A stretch of DNA of 59,226 nucleotides from Candidatus Bathyarchaeota archaeon (GTDB lineage: Archaea; Thermoproteota; Bathyarchaeia; TCS64), in NCBI GenBank assembly GCA_017883585.1, contig JADGNG010000010.1:1-59226 (forward strand). Direction: 5' to 3'. Shown piece by piece: positions 45,495-53,593 of the stretch. The notes under the pieces were generated by a model. That model did not search any database and was not told where the DNA came from. It worked only from the letters and a program-made list of their open reading frames with translations. Each line of letters begins with the position of its first letter. The stretch's first letter is position 1. A program made the translations under genes and the position numbers.

Positions 45495-45952
45495 TTTCCC
45501 TTCCTCTTCTCGATGACCCTTATGTCGGTGATCTTCGTGGAGGGGTACTGGCCCCCCTCGTCCTTCTCCAAGTACTTGACCATGTCCCAGATATTGAGGA
45601 GGGCGACGGAGACGCCGGTGAGCGCCTCCATCTCGACCCCCGTCTTGTATGTGGCGGAGACGCGGCACCTTGCCTCGACATAGTCCTCCCCAAGGATGAA
45701 TGAGGCGTCTACTGAGGAGAGAGGTATCTGGTGGCACATTGGTATGAGGTCGGGCGTCCTCTTGACCGCCTGTATGCAGGCTACCTCGGCGACAGCGAGG
45801 GGGTCGCCCTTCTTCACCTTTCCCGCCATGATCACCTCGATCGTCTCCTTACTAAGGGTAATTCTGCCAACCGCCTCGGCGGTCCTCGGCACCGACTCCT
45901 TGTCGGCGATGTCGACCATGCCAAACGGATCAATCTTCGTCAAGTCTACCAA
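45491..45952 (-). CDS. moaC: Cyclic pyranopterin monophosphate synthase MoaC
   Basis: KGDPLAVAEVACIQAVKRTPDLIPMCHQIPL and KTGVEMEALTGVSVALLNIWDM blocks. 153 aa. Confidence 0.93.
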   Translation of the reverse strand: MVDLTKIDPFGMVDIADKESVPRTAEAVGRITLSKETIEVIMAGKVKKGDPLAVAEVACIQAVKRTPDLIPMCHQIPLSSVDASFILGEDYVEARCRVSATYKTGVEMEALTGVSVALLNIWDMVKYLEKDEGGQYPSTKITDIRVIEKRKGK

Positions 45953-46352
45953 CCTCCACCCAGCGCGCTCCCGAGGGTGTATGCTCCCTCTTCCAGATGG
46001 GCACCCTCCTCTTCAGCTCGTCGACGACGTACCTGCAGGCGTCGAAGGCCGCCTCCCTGTGCCCCGCGGAGACAGCGACGAGGACTATGTTGTCACCGAC
46101 CTTTAGGTCTCCGTACCTGTGGACGACGAGGACGTTGTCGACGCCGAACTTCGCGAGAGCCTCGCCCCTGATGAGGGTGAGCTGCCTCTCCGCCATCTCC
46201 GGGTAGGCCTCGATCTCCATGCGCTCCACGTGGCCAGCCTCAGACTCGTCGCGGACTGTGCCTACGAAGACAACCAAGCCCCCCACGGAGGCCTTCTTTA
46301 TCCTCCTCAGCTCCTCGTCGACGCTGAAGTCGTCGCGGGTGACCCGGATCAC
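45930..46352 (-). CDS. moaE: Molybdopterin synthase catalytic subunit MoaE
   Basis: GGLVVFVGTVRD, VVHRYGDLKVGDNIVLVAVSAGHR, PIWKRE blocks. 140 aa. Confidence 0.88.
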   Translation of the reverse strand: MIRVTRDDFSVDEELRRIKKASVGGLVVFVGTVRDESEAGHVERMEIEAYPEMAERQLTLIRGEALAKFGVDNVLVVHRYGDLKVGDNIVLVAVSAGHREAAFDACRYVVDELKRRVPIWKREHTPSGARWVEVGRLDED

Positions 46353-46356
46353 GGTC

Positions 46357-46602
46357 TCAGCCCCCGCTCACCGGCGGGAAGAGGGCCACCTCGTCCCCCG
46401 CTTTAAGCACCCGCTTGGGCTCGACGAAGGAGCCGTTGACAGCGACTAGTATGTTGTCATCCTGCCCCTTGAGGGAGGCGTGTAGCCCCTGGACGCTTCC
46501 CTTCAGCGCCTCCGCTGTGGAGCCCTCGGGGACATCCAGCGCCTCCTCCTTCAACCCGGTGAACTCGCGTATGCTCGCGAAGTAGCGTACCCTCAGCCTC
46601 AC
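46357..46602 (-). CDS. moaD: Molybdopterin synthase sulfur-carrier subunit MoaD (ubiquitin-fold, C-terminal GG)
   Basis: 81 aa. YFASIRE start region, VAVNGSFV, and it ends ...LFPPVSGG. Confidence 0.86.
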   Translation of the reverse strand: MRLRVRYFASIREFTGLKEEALDVPEGSTAEALKGSVQGLHASLKGQDDNILVAVNGSFVEPKRVLKAGDEVALFPPVSGG

Positions 46603-47591
46603 ACTTTCTCACTCCAATACGGCGCCCTTAGGCTCGTCGCCAGCCGGAAGGCCTCCACCAGTTCCTCCTTCCCCGCCCCGCTCCTTAAGAGTTGCACCAC
46701 GGGGACGAGGTTGTCCCCCTTCATGAGGCAGGGCTTCAGGCGACCATCGCTGGTGAGGCGGAGCCTGTTGCAGTTGGCGCAGAAGACGGTGTTGTGGATG
46801 GGGCGCACTATCTCAACAGTCGCCCCGTCGGCGAGTGTGTACCGCTTCCTCCTGTGCATTATCTGCTCCTCGATGCTCACCGCCTCGCGGTCCCACATCC
46901 GCTCAAGTGGCGTGAGGTCGAAGCAGAGGTCCCCCCACCTCTCTACTCCCCTCTCGAGGTTCTGGTACTCAATGAGCTGGAGGATCGCCCCCGTCTCCGC
47001 GGAGAGGCTGAGCATCTTGGGTATCTCCCCGGAGTTGAGTCCCTTCATCACGACGAAGTTGAGCTTGATTGGTTTGAGACCTGCCTCGTCGGCTGCCCGT
47101 ATCCCGGCCTTAACTTGATCGAGGCAATCGACGCCTGCGATCTTCTTTACTGTCTCCCGCTTGAGGCTGTGGAGGCTTATGTTGACCCTCTTTAGGCCAG
47201 CTTCCTTTAGGGCGACAGCCTTCCCTGGTAGCAGGAGGGCGTTCGTCGTCATAGAGACCTCCCTGACATACAGGGACATTATGCGGATGATCTCGACGAC
47301 GTCCTCCCTCATCAGGGGCTCCCCGCCCGTGACCTTGATCTTCGTGACGCCGAGCCCAGCGGCGACATCGACTATTCGCCCGATCTCAGCGGGAGTCATC
47401 TCCTTCCCAGGGTCGTGCTCCCCCTCGCGGTGACAGAAGAAGCAGGCGAGGTCACACCTCTGGGTGATGCTGACTCGGAGGCTCGAGACGCGCCTCCCGA
47501 AGGGGTCGACGAGGGGCTCCAACAGGATACTCGCCTCAATACAGGTTTTCCGCACCCTAAAATGGTTATGCATGCTCATGCATGACGGCAA
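46599..47591 (-). CDS. moaA: GTP 3',8-cyclase MoaA (radical SAM)
   Basis: LRVSITQRCDLACFFCH radical-SAM cluster motif and C-terminal auxiliary-cluster motif CANCNRLRLTSDGRLKPCL. The track start is a TTG at 47591. ATGs at 47579 or 47573 are equally plausible. Confidence 0.9.
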   Translation of the reverse strand: MPSCMSMHNHFRVRKTCIEASILLEPLVDPFGRRVSSLRVSITQRCDLACFFCHREGEHDPGKEMTPAEIGRIVDVAAGLGVTKIKVTGGEPLMREDVVEIIRIMSLYVREVSMTTNALLLPGKAVALKEAGLKRVNISLHSLKRETVKKIAGVDCLDQVKAGIRAADEAGLKPIKLNFVVMKGLNSGEIPKMLSLSAETGAILQLIEYQNLERGVERWGDLCFDLTPLERMWDREAVSIEEQIMHRRKRYTLADGATVEIVRPIHNTVFCANCNRLRLTSDGRLKPCLMKGDNLVPVVQLLRSGAGKEELVEAFRLATSLRAPYWSEKV

Positions 47592-47637
47592 AGCTTATCC
47601 GACTTGCATGAATAGACACTTCGAACAGTGATTCGAG

Positions 47638-48654
47638 ATGACAGAGAAGAAGGGTATGGCAATCAATCAGAAGACGGCGGTAATACTCGCCGTCATAGTC
47701 GTTATCGCACTCGTTGGAGCGGTCTGGTACTTCAACCGCCCAGCGGCGGGCAAGACCCAGCTGATAGTCTCGACGACCACTAGCTTCTTCGAGACCGGGT
47801 TCCTCTCGACCCTCAAGAAGAGCTTCGAGGCGCAGTACCCGCAGTATAACGTAAGCTTCATCAGTCAGGGTACCGGGCTGGCGCTCGCCACAGCGGCTCG
47901 CGGCGACGCTGACCTAGTCCTCGTCCACGCCCCCTCCAGCGAGAAGGTGTTCCTCACAAACAGCACCGGAGTGAATAGGAAGATCGTCGCCTACAACTAC
48001 TTCCTCCTCGTTGGACCAGCCAGCGACCCAGCCGGCATCAATGGGCTATCGATCGTTGATGCCCTGAAGAAGATCGTGGCGTCAGGCGAGGCGGGGACAG
48101 CCCTCTGGGTAAGCAGGGGGGATAAGTCGGGCACCAATACGAAGGAGATAGCCCTCTTCAAGCTATCGGGCTTCGACACGACGAAGCTTGTCGCCGAGAA
48201 GAACCCCAGCGGTAGCCCCTGGTACCTATCCGCCGGGGCGGGGATGACGGCGACCCTCCAGCTCGCCGACCAGAAGAGCGCCTACACCCTCACGGACATC
48301 GCCAGCTACATCAATAACCAGGCGAAAGGCAACATCCACCTCGTCCAGTACGTGGGGCCGGGTAAGGATATGCTCAACGTCTACTCAGTCATAGTCATTA
48401 ATCCGAGCGTGAAGAACTATAGGGGCACATTCGACGCCGCCATGACCTTCGAGAGGTACCTACTCTCCACGGACGGGCAGAACCTCTTCGCCAACTTCGG
48501 CGTCGCCGGCCAGACCGTCTTCAATCCCTGGATACCCCTCAAGACCGCGAACACCGACACCACCACAATCACCTGGATCCAGAACTACGCATACATCAAC
48601 GGCACTGAATGTCCGACCAAGTACCGCGTCCAAGCGGATGACCTATACAAATAA
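47638..48654 (+). CDS. tupA: Periplasmic-type oxyanion-binding protein, TupA-like (tungstate/molybdate)
   Basis: N-terminal membrane anchor. STTTSFFETGFL matches the TTTS motif I associate with TupA. Followed by the permease and ATPase. Confidence 0.7.
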   Translation: MTEKKGMAINQKTAVILAVIVVIALVGAVWYFNRPAAGKTQLIVSTTTSFFETGFLSTLKKSFEAQYPQYNVSFISQGTGLALATAARGDADLVLVHAPSSEKVFLTNSTGVNRKIVAYNYFLLVGPASDPAGINGLSIVDALKKIVASGEAGTALWVSRGDKSGTNTKEIALFKLSGFDTTKLVAEKNPSGSPWYLSAGAGMTATLQLADQKSAYTLTDIASYINNQAKGNIHLVQYVGPGKDMLNVYSVIVINPSVKNYRGTFDAAMTFERYLLSTDGQNLFANFGVAGQTVFNPWIPLKTANTDTTTITWIQNYAYINGTECPTKYRVQADDLYK

Positions 48655-48691
48655 AGGGACTGAACCCATCATTTCTTGAAGGGGCCAATTT

Positions 48692-49387
48692 TTGAGCTGG
48701 CAGCCAATTATCGACGGCCTAATGCAGGGCGTGCGCCTGATCCTAACGGGGGACCGGGAGGTCATGCAGATTGCCCTGAGGAGCCTCGAGACCGCCGCGG
48801 CTGCGACAGGAATGGCGGCCTTAATTGGAATGCCGATTGGGGTGGCCATCGGCCTCGGCTCCTTCAGGGGGAGGGGTTACCTCAAGACACTCTTCAGCGC
48901 CCTAGTCGGCGTCCCTACTGTGACCCTCGGCCTCTTCCTGTACATTTTGTTCTCGAGGAGCGGCCCGCTTGGGTATCTGCAGATACTCTACACGGTTCCG
49001 GGGATTGCCATCGGTGAGGCGGTTCTCGTGACGCCTATTGTAATCAGCTTCGTTGCGAGTGCTGTCGAGGCTAGGGATGTGGGTGTGCGTGACCTCGCCC
49101 GGACCCTCGGCGCCTCCGAGTATGAGAGCAGCCTCGCCGTCATCAGGGAAGCTTGGAGCGGCGTATCACTCGCCCTCGTCTCTAGCTTCAACAGGGCCTT
49201 CGCCGAGCTCGGCATTGCCATGATGATTGGGGGGAACATCGAGGGACTCACGAGGGTCCTGACTAGCGCGATCGCCCTGCAGACGGCTATGGGTGAACTC
49301 GGCCTGGCCTTCGCCCTCAGCTTCATCCTTCTCATAGTCGTCATATCCCTGAACTTCCTGATCGCCTACCTAGGGAGGGAGCGGTAG
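48692..49387 (+). CDS. tupB: ABC transporter permease (TupB-like)
   Basis: 231 aa, about 5-6 TM helices, and an EAA-like loop (ARTLGASEYESSLAVIRE). TAG stop at 49385-49387. Confidence 0.82.
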   Translation: MSWQPIIDGLMQGVRLILTGDREVMQIALRSLETAAAATGMAALIGMPIGVAIGLGSFRGRGYLKTLFSALVGVPTVTLGLFLYILFSRSGPLGYLQILYTVPGIAIGEAVLVTPIVISFVASAVEARDVGVRDLARTLGASEYESSLAVIREAWSGVSLALVSSFNRAFAELGIAMMIGGNIEGLTRVLTSAIALQTAMGELGLAFALSFILLIVVISLNFLIAYLGRER

Positions 49388-50413
49388 CTGGAGCTCTACA
49401 GGCTCGAGGGGGTCTACCGGAGATTCGGGGAGAGGCACGCCCTCGACGCCATCACCCTCTCCTTGGAGGAGGGGGAGGCGCTCGGGCTCGTGGGGGAGAG
49501 CGGGGCCGGGAAGACGACCCTGCTTAGGCTTCTGGCTGGGCTCGACGTGCCCACGGCTGGGGCGTTCCAATGGAAGGGGAGGACCGTGGATAAACGGGCC
49601 GCCGCGGAGCTCAGGAAGGAGGCGACGATGATCTTCCAGCGCCCTCTCTTTATCCGGGGGAGCGTCTATGACAACGTAGCCTACGGCCTCCGCCTCCGGG
49701 GCACACCAGAGGCAGAGATTTCTAAGCGCATATCTGAGACCCTCGCCAAGGTCCGGCTCCCCGGATTTGAGTCAAGGGACGCCCGCAGGGTATCCGGCGG
49801 GGAGCAGCAACGTGTTTCACTAGCGCGCGCTCTCGTGCTCAACCCCAAGATACTCCTCCTCGACGAGCCGACTGCCAACCTCGACTCGGAGAACGCCTCT
49901 ATAATCTCCGACGTAATAGCGGGGGAGGCGGGGGCGAGGAGTATAGTCATCGCCAGCCACGACCTCGCGCGGGTCGGGAGGCTCGCGGGGCGCGTCATCC
50001 AGCTCGAAGCTGGGAAGATAGTCGCGGAGGGCGGTGTAGAGGTACTCGCCTCGAAGAGGTTCGGGAGCAACGTATTCTCGGGCATAGGTAGAAACGCCAA
50101 CGGGGAGTCGGATGTCGACGTCGGGGGCGGAGTAACGATCGCCTGCGCCGAGTGCAGGATCGGTCGCGTCGCCGTCAGGGTCAGGCCCGAGGACATCATA
50201 GTCTCCAAAACGCCTGTCGAGACGAGCGCCCGGAACAATTTCAGGGGACGAATAATAGGCATCGAGGAGAGCGGCTCCGTCATCAGGCTCAAGATCGATG
50301 CGGGGAGGGTCTTCATCGCCCACATCACGCGCCGAACTCTCATAGAGATGGGGCTCAACGTCGGCTCAGATGTCTACATAAGCTTCAAGGCCAGCGCTGT
50401 TGAACTCCTCTAG
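49388..50413 (+). CDS. tupC: ABC transporter ATP-binding protein with C-terminal TOBE/Mop-like domain (TupC-like); start codon non-canonical or lost
   Basis: Walker A GESGAGKTT, signature SGGEQQR, Walker B ILLLDEP. The conserved N-terminal strand LELYRLEGVYRRFGERHALDAITLSLEEGE begins at the CTG at 49388, immediately after and in frame with the tupB TAG. The first canonical start (TTG at 49463) would delete that strand. Confidence 0.78.
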   Translation: MELYRLEGVYRRFGERHALDAITLSLEEGEALGLVGESGAGKTTLLRLLAGLDVPTAGAFQWKGRTVDKRAAAELRKEATMIFQRPLFIRGSVYDNVAYGLRLRGTPEAEISKRISETLAKVRLPGFESRDARRVSGGEQQRVSLARALVLNPKILLLDEPTANLDSENASIISDVIAGEAGARSIVIASHDLARVGRLAGRVIQLEAGKIVAEGGVEVLASKRFGSNVFSGIGRNANGESDVDVGGGVTIACAECRIGRVAVRVRPEDIIVSKTPVETSARNNFRGRIIGIEESGSVIRLKIDAGRVFIAHITRRTLIEMGLNVGSDVYISFKASAVELL

Positions 50414-50465
50414 CCGCGACCCTTTATTATCCACTCGTATGAGATTCTATCCATAGGCGACACTC

Positions 50466-51041
50466 ATGGCGAAACTCAAGGGATCGGAGACGGAGAAGAA
50501 CCTGCTCAAAGCGTTCGCGGGCGAGAGCCAGGCGAGGAATAGGTACACCTACTTCTCGAACGTGGCGAAGAAGGAGGGGTTCGAGCAGATCGCGGGCATC
50601 TTCCAGGAGACCGCCGACAACGAGCGGGAACACGCGGAGATCTACTTCAAGCACCTAGAGGGGGGAGACGTCGAGATCACCGCCACCTACCCCGCGGGGA
50701 GGATTGGGACCACCGCCGAGAACCTCCTCGCCGCAGCCGAGGGCGAGCACCTCGAATGGGGGACACTCTATCCCTCCTTCGAGAAGATCGCCCGGAAGGA
50801 GGGCCTCGAGAGTGCCGCTGAGAGCTTCAAGGAGATCGCTGAGGTCGAGGTTAGGCATGAGAATAGGTACAGAAAGCTACTCGAGGACGTGAAGACGGGC
50901 ACGGTCTTCAAGAGCGACGAGGTGATCGAGTGGAAGTGCGGGAACTGCGGATACGTCCACACAGGCAAGGAGGCGCCGAAGGAGTGCCCCGCCTGTAAGC
51001 ACCCGCAGAGCTACTACGAGCGCCTCGCGGAGAACTACTGA
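50466..51041 (+). CDS. rbr: Rubrerythrin
   Basis: Diiron four-helix-bundle motifs (E..H repeats: NEREHAEIY, EVRHENRY). C-terminal rubredoxin-like CGNCG...CPACKHP. Confidence 0.94.
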   Translation: MAKLKGSETEKNLLKAFAGESQARNRYTYFSNVAKKEGFEQIAGIFQETADNEREHAEIYFKHLEGGDVEITATYPAGRIGTTAENLLAAAEGEHLEWGTLYPSFEKIARKEGLESAAESFKEIAEVEVRHENRYRKLLEDVKTGTVFKSDEVIEWKCGNCGYVHTGKEAPKECPACKHPQSYYERLAENY

Positions 51042-51042
51042 C

Positions 51043-51650
51043 CTATTTTACGTCCACTTTCTCGTGGATCGTTTCACAGTTCTCGATGGCCTCCGTGGTT
51101 GGGATGGTGATTTTCATGGTGTGGTTGGGGCGGACCTCGACGCATCGCCCGCAGCCCCGGCACTGGTTGGTGACCCGCGCCTTCCTGCCCTCGATTTCTA
51201 TGGCGTCGACGAAACAGACCTTCTAGCGCGCCGCAGCCGACGCATGAGTGGGGTCAATTGTAACCTCTACTCCCTCCATCTTTATTATCCTCCCTGAAAT
51301 GGCACCGTTGAGGCTTGGCAGCATCTTCCAGAGGCAGCCGAGGTCCTTGGGATAGTCCACACATTTATTCGATTCTCGGCAGATGCAGAAGTTCATGGCC
51401 CAGTGGAAGTCGGCTTCGTCGATGAAATCGTGGATTATACTGCTTAGTAGTGGGATGCTCGTCCCTGGGTCTATTGGCTGGTGATGACGACCTCGACGAT
51501 GCTGTCCTTTGGAAGGTAGACGAGGTCGTCGCCATCTAAGAGCATACGGCTCATGAGGGCGCCGACGCCGGGTATGCGGGAGGCACTGGTGAGCGTAAAC
51601 CTGTGCCTGAAGCTACTCTTGAGCAGGTCGATGAACTACGGTGGCCTCAT
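51043..51650 (-). pseudogene. Remnant of an NIL-domain / 2x[4Fe-4S] ferredoxin-type gene
   Basis: - The minus-strand frame gives IPLLSSIIHDF...GRIIKMEGVEVTIDPTH, then HASAAAR, a TAG at 51223-51225, then KVCFVDAIEIEGRKARVTNQCRGCGRCVEVRPNH...
- The first Cys motif (CVGCGA) is readable only in another frame.
- The last Cys of the second motif is Arg.
- Upstream pieces carry further TAG stops.
- No intact ORF of 60 aa or more lies on this strand across about 650 bp. Confidence 0.5.
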
Positions 51651-51702
51651 TCAGCGTCGCTCTCTGAGTATCTGTACATCGACTAGGTAACACTAGCAAC
51701 CC

Positions 51703-53004
51703 TCACCGCTCGATGGACTTCGGGTCCTTCACCCTGAAGTACGCCCAGATTATTATCGGAATCAGCCCGGCAGCCATGATTATGAAGGGTACCGTCGGGT
51801 TGTACTCATAGAAGACGCCGCCGAGGGTCTGCCCGATGGCGAGTGGGATGAAAAGCAGCATGCCTCCGCCCCACATCGTCCCCCTGATGTCAACGAAGAA
51901 GTTCCCACTCCCCACCGCGGAGGTCACCCTCCCGCGGCGGTTCCTAGGCGTGTAGTCGGCTAGTAGAGACTGGAAGCCGGGCATGAGGAAGGAGTTGCAC
52001 ACCGCCACGGCGACGACAAGGGCGACCAGAGTGTAGTAGTCCTTGATGAAGAGGAAGGCGATGGGGAAGATCGGGGTAACGGCCATCATAGCGACTAGCA
52101 GTTTCTTCCTCCCCAACTTATCCATCATTTTACCCGCGGGGATCGCGAGTAGCATGTTGACGCCGCCCTGGATAGCCGAGTTGAGCCCCCAGAGCGTAGC
52201 GGAAATGCCAATGTAGGTGGTCGCATAGACGACCCAGAAGGAGGAGGCCATCCCTATGAAGAACACCTGCATGACTTGCATGACGACGAGGGCGAGTATC
52301 TCGGGGGGCATCCACCTCATCGTCTCTAGGAAGCTGTCGTATGAGTCCCTGACGACCTTGGGGATGTTTCGGAAGTCTATCTTCTCCTGCTGGCTTGGGT
52401 CGAGGGTCTCTTTGAGGGTGAACCAGCGGAGGATGGCGACGAAGATGCCGGCACCGAAGCCGACGAGGTAGATGAGGTTCATCGCAGGTAGTATTCCCAT
52501 GTGGTCGACGAGGTAGCCCCCGATGAAGGGGGAGATGACACCAAGAGCGCTGGGGATACTGAGGGCGACGGCAAAGCCCTGCCCCCTCTTCCCCGCGGGC
52601 ATCGAGTCCGCCTGAAGCACAGTGAGTATGGGGGCGTAGAAGAGGACGAGGTTTTGGAAGAAGCTCGCGAAGGCGAGGGTCTGCCAGTTTGGGGCGTAGG
52701 CGAATGGGATGAAGCTGAAGGCGTAGACGATTGTCGCGATGCTGACGAGGCGGACCCTCCCCTGCTTATCTGCGATGTAACCACCGAGGGGGTAGAGGAA
52801 GAGCCCCGCGAGGGCTGAGGCCGACTTCACGAAACCGATGTCAACCGGTGAACCACCAACCCTCTGGATATAGAGGGGGAGGTACGGTGAGGGGATGTTC
52901 GTTGTGAACTGCCAGATACATTGGCAGATGACGAGCCAGAGCAGGTTCCCCCGTAATATTCCTATTCCGAACTCTCGCTTCGGAGTGAGTGCGTCCTGAG
53001 ACAA
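51703..53004 (-). CDS. MFS transporter
   Basis: 433 aa in a 12-TM-like layout. GGYIADKQGRVR matches the MFS loop signature. Confidence 0.8.
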   Translation of the reverse strand: MSQDALTPKREFGIGILRGNLLWLVICQCIWQFTTNIPSPYLPLYIQRVGGSPVDIGFVKSASALAGLFLYPLGGYIADKQGRVRLVSIATIVYAFSFIPFAYAPNWQTLAFASFFQNLVLFYAPILTVLQADSMPAGKRGQGFAVALSIPSALGVISPFIGGYLVDHMGILPAMNLIYLVGFGAGIFVAILRWFTLKETLDPSQQEKIDFRNIPKVVRDSYDSFLETMRWMPPEILALVVMQVMQVFFIGMASSFWVVYATTYIGISATLWGLNSAIQGGVNMLLAIPAGKMMDKLGRKKLLVAMMAVTPIFPIAFLFIKDYYTLVALVVAVAVCNSFLMPGFQSLLADYTPRNRRGRVTSAVGSGNFFVDIRGTMWGGGMLLFIPLAIGQTLGGVFYEYNPTVPFIIMAAGLIPIIIWAYFRVKDPKSIER

Positions 53005-53075
53005 GGCGGTATCTCTCTGGGCGTTGTACCCCTAGAGGGCGTTGACATATTTAGATTCGTCGAGGAGCCGAAAGG

Positions 53076-53471
53076 CTACTCGTTACTCTTCAGCTTCTGC
53101 TCCAGCGTCTTCAACTCGCCGTGCTCAGCGAAGCGTATCTGCGTGTTGAGCCTGAGCGGGAGCCCTATCTGGCGGAGGAACATAGCCAAACCGCCGCCGT
53201 CTATCTTCTCCACTATCTTCCCCTGCTTCACGGCGTCGACGAGAGCCTGCTCGACCTTCGGGATGACCTTGGGGAACTGCTCCCTCGCGGCCCTCCAGAC
53301 CTCCCACGCACGGTCGCCGAAGATGCTGTCCAGAACCTTGTCCGTCGAAGCCTCCTTCGGCTTCTCCTTCATCGATTCCTGGGCGGCTTGCGTCGCCTCG
53401 TGGGTGGCGATGCGCCTCTGCATCTCCTGCATCTTTTTCCGCTTGAGGCGCTCCAGCTCGTCGTCCGACAT
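53076..53471 (-). CDS. PDCD5/TFAR19-like double-stranded-DNA-binding protein
   Basis: MSDDELERLKRKKMQEMQRR N-terminus and later ...VEQALVDAVKQGKIVEKIDGGGLAMFLRQI fit the archaeal PDCD5 homologue pattern. The upstream 27 codons of the track ORF are unlikely to be coding. Confidence 0.78.
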   Translation of the reverse strand: MSDDELERLKRKKMQEMQRRIATHEATQAAQESMKEKPKEASTDKVLDSIFGDRAWEVWRAAREQFPKVIPKVEQALVDAVKQGKIVEKIDGGGLAMFLRQIGLPLRLNTQIRFAEHGELKTLEQKLKSNE

Positions 53472-53565
53472 GCCGTAGAGACGGATGAGAACCCCGCCTT
53501 TAACCTTTAGGCTCGGTGCGCCCAACCCGATTAAATACGCCAAAGGGGACATACCAGGCTCGGCT

Positions 53566-53573
53566 AAAAAAAA
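53566..53573 (-). terminator. T8 tract about 20 nt downstream of the metal ATPase stop
   Basis: Plus-strand A8 (minus-strand TTTTTTTT) lies between the ATPase stop (53594) and the next gene. Oligo-T runs act as archaeal terminators. Confidence 0.5.
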
Positions 53574-53593
53574 TCGTTTTCTAGTGGCAGCTA

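Noticed and set aside
44997-45737. Over-extended N-termini in the ORF track:
- 246-aa moaB ORF overlapping moaC
- aIF-1A from 34184
- PDCD5-like from 53552
- GNAT from 43179
- TIM from 25341
- mutase from 27402
   Set aside because: The extensions are non-homologous and low-complexity, or they overlap the neighbouring gene. An internal Met reproduces the canonical family N-terminus, and for moaB it creates an ATGA stop/start overlap.
16410-51225. Recurrent in-frame TAG codons inside or between conserved coding segments (16410, 18906, 49385, 51223) as evidence for TAG recoding or pyrrolysine.
   Set aside because: By my tally, more than twenty of the roughly 58 confident genes in this window terminate at TAG exactly where homology says the protein should end. 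Examples are sucD, topIB, copA, top6B, aIF-1A and hppA. TAG is therefore the most used stop, the opposite of what Pyl-decoding or reassigned lineages show. The TAG-containing genes also carry frameshifts or lost starts. No pyl genes are in the window.
51064-51297. 77-aa plus-strand ORF downstream of rubrerythrin as a real gene.
   Set aside because: It is Arg/Gly/Asp/Leu-rich with no motif and lies antisense to the clearly ferredoxin-like minus-strand remnant. It is most likely a shadow ORF.
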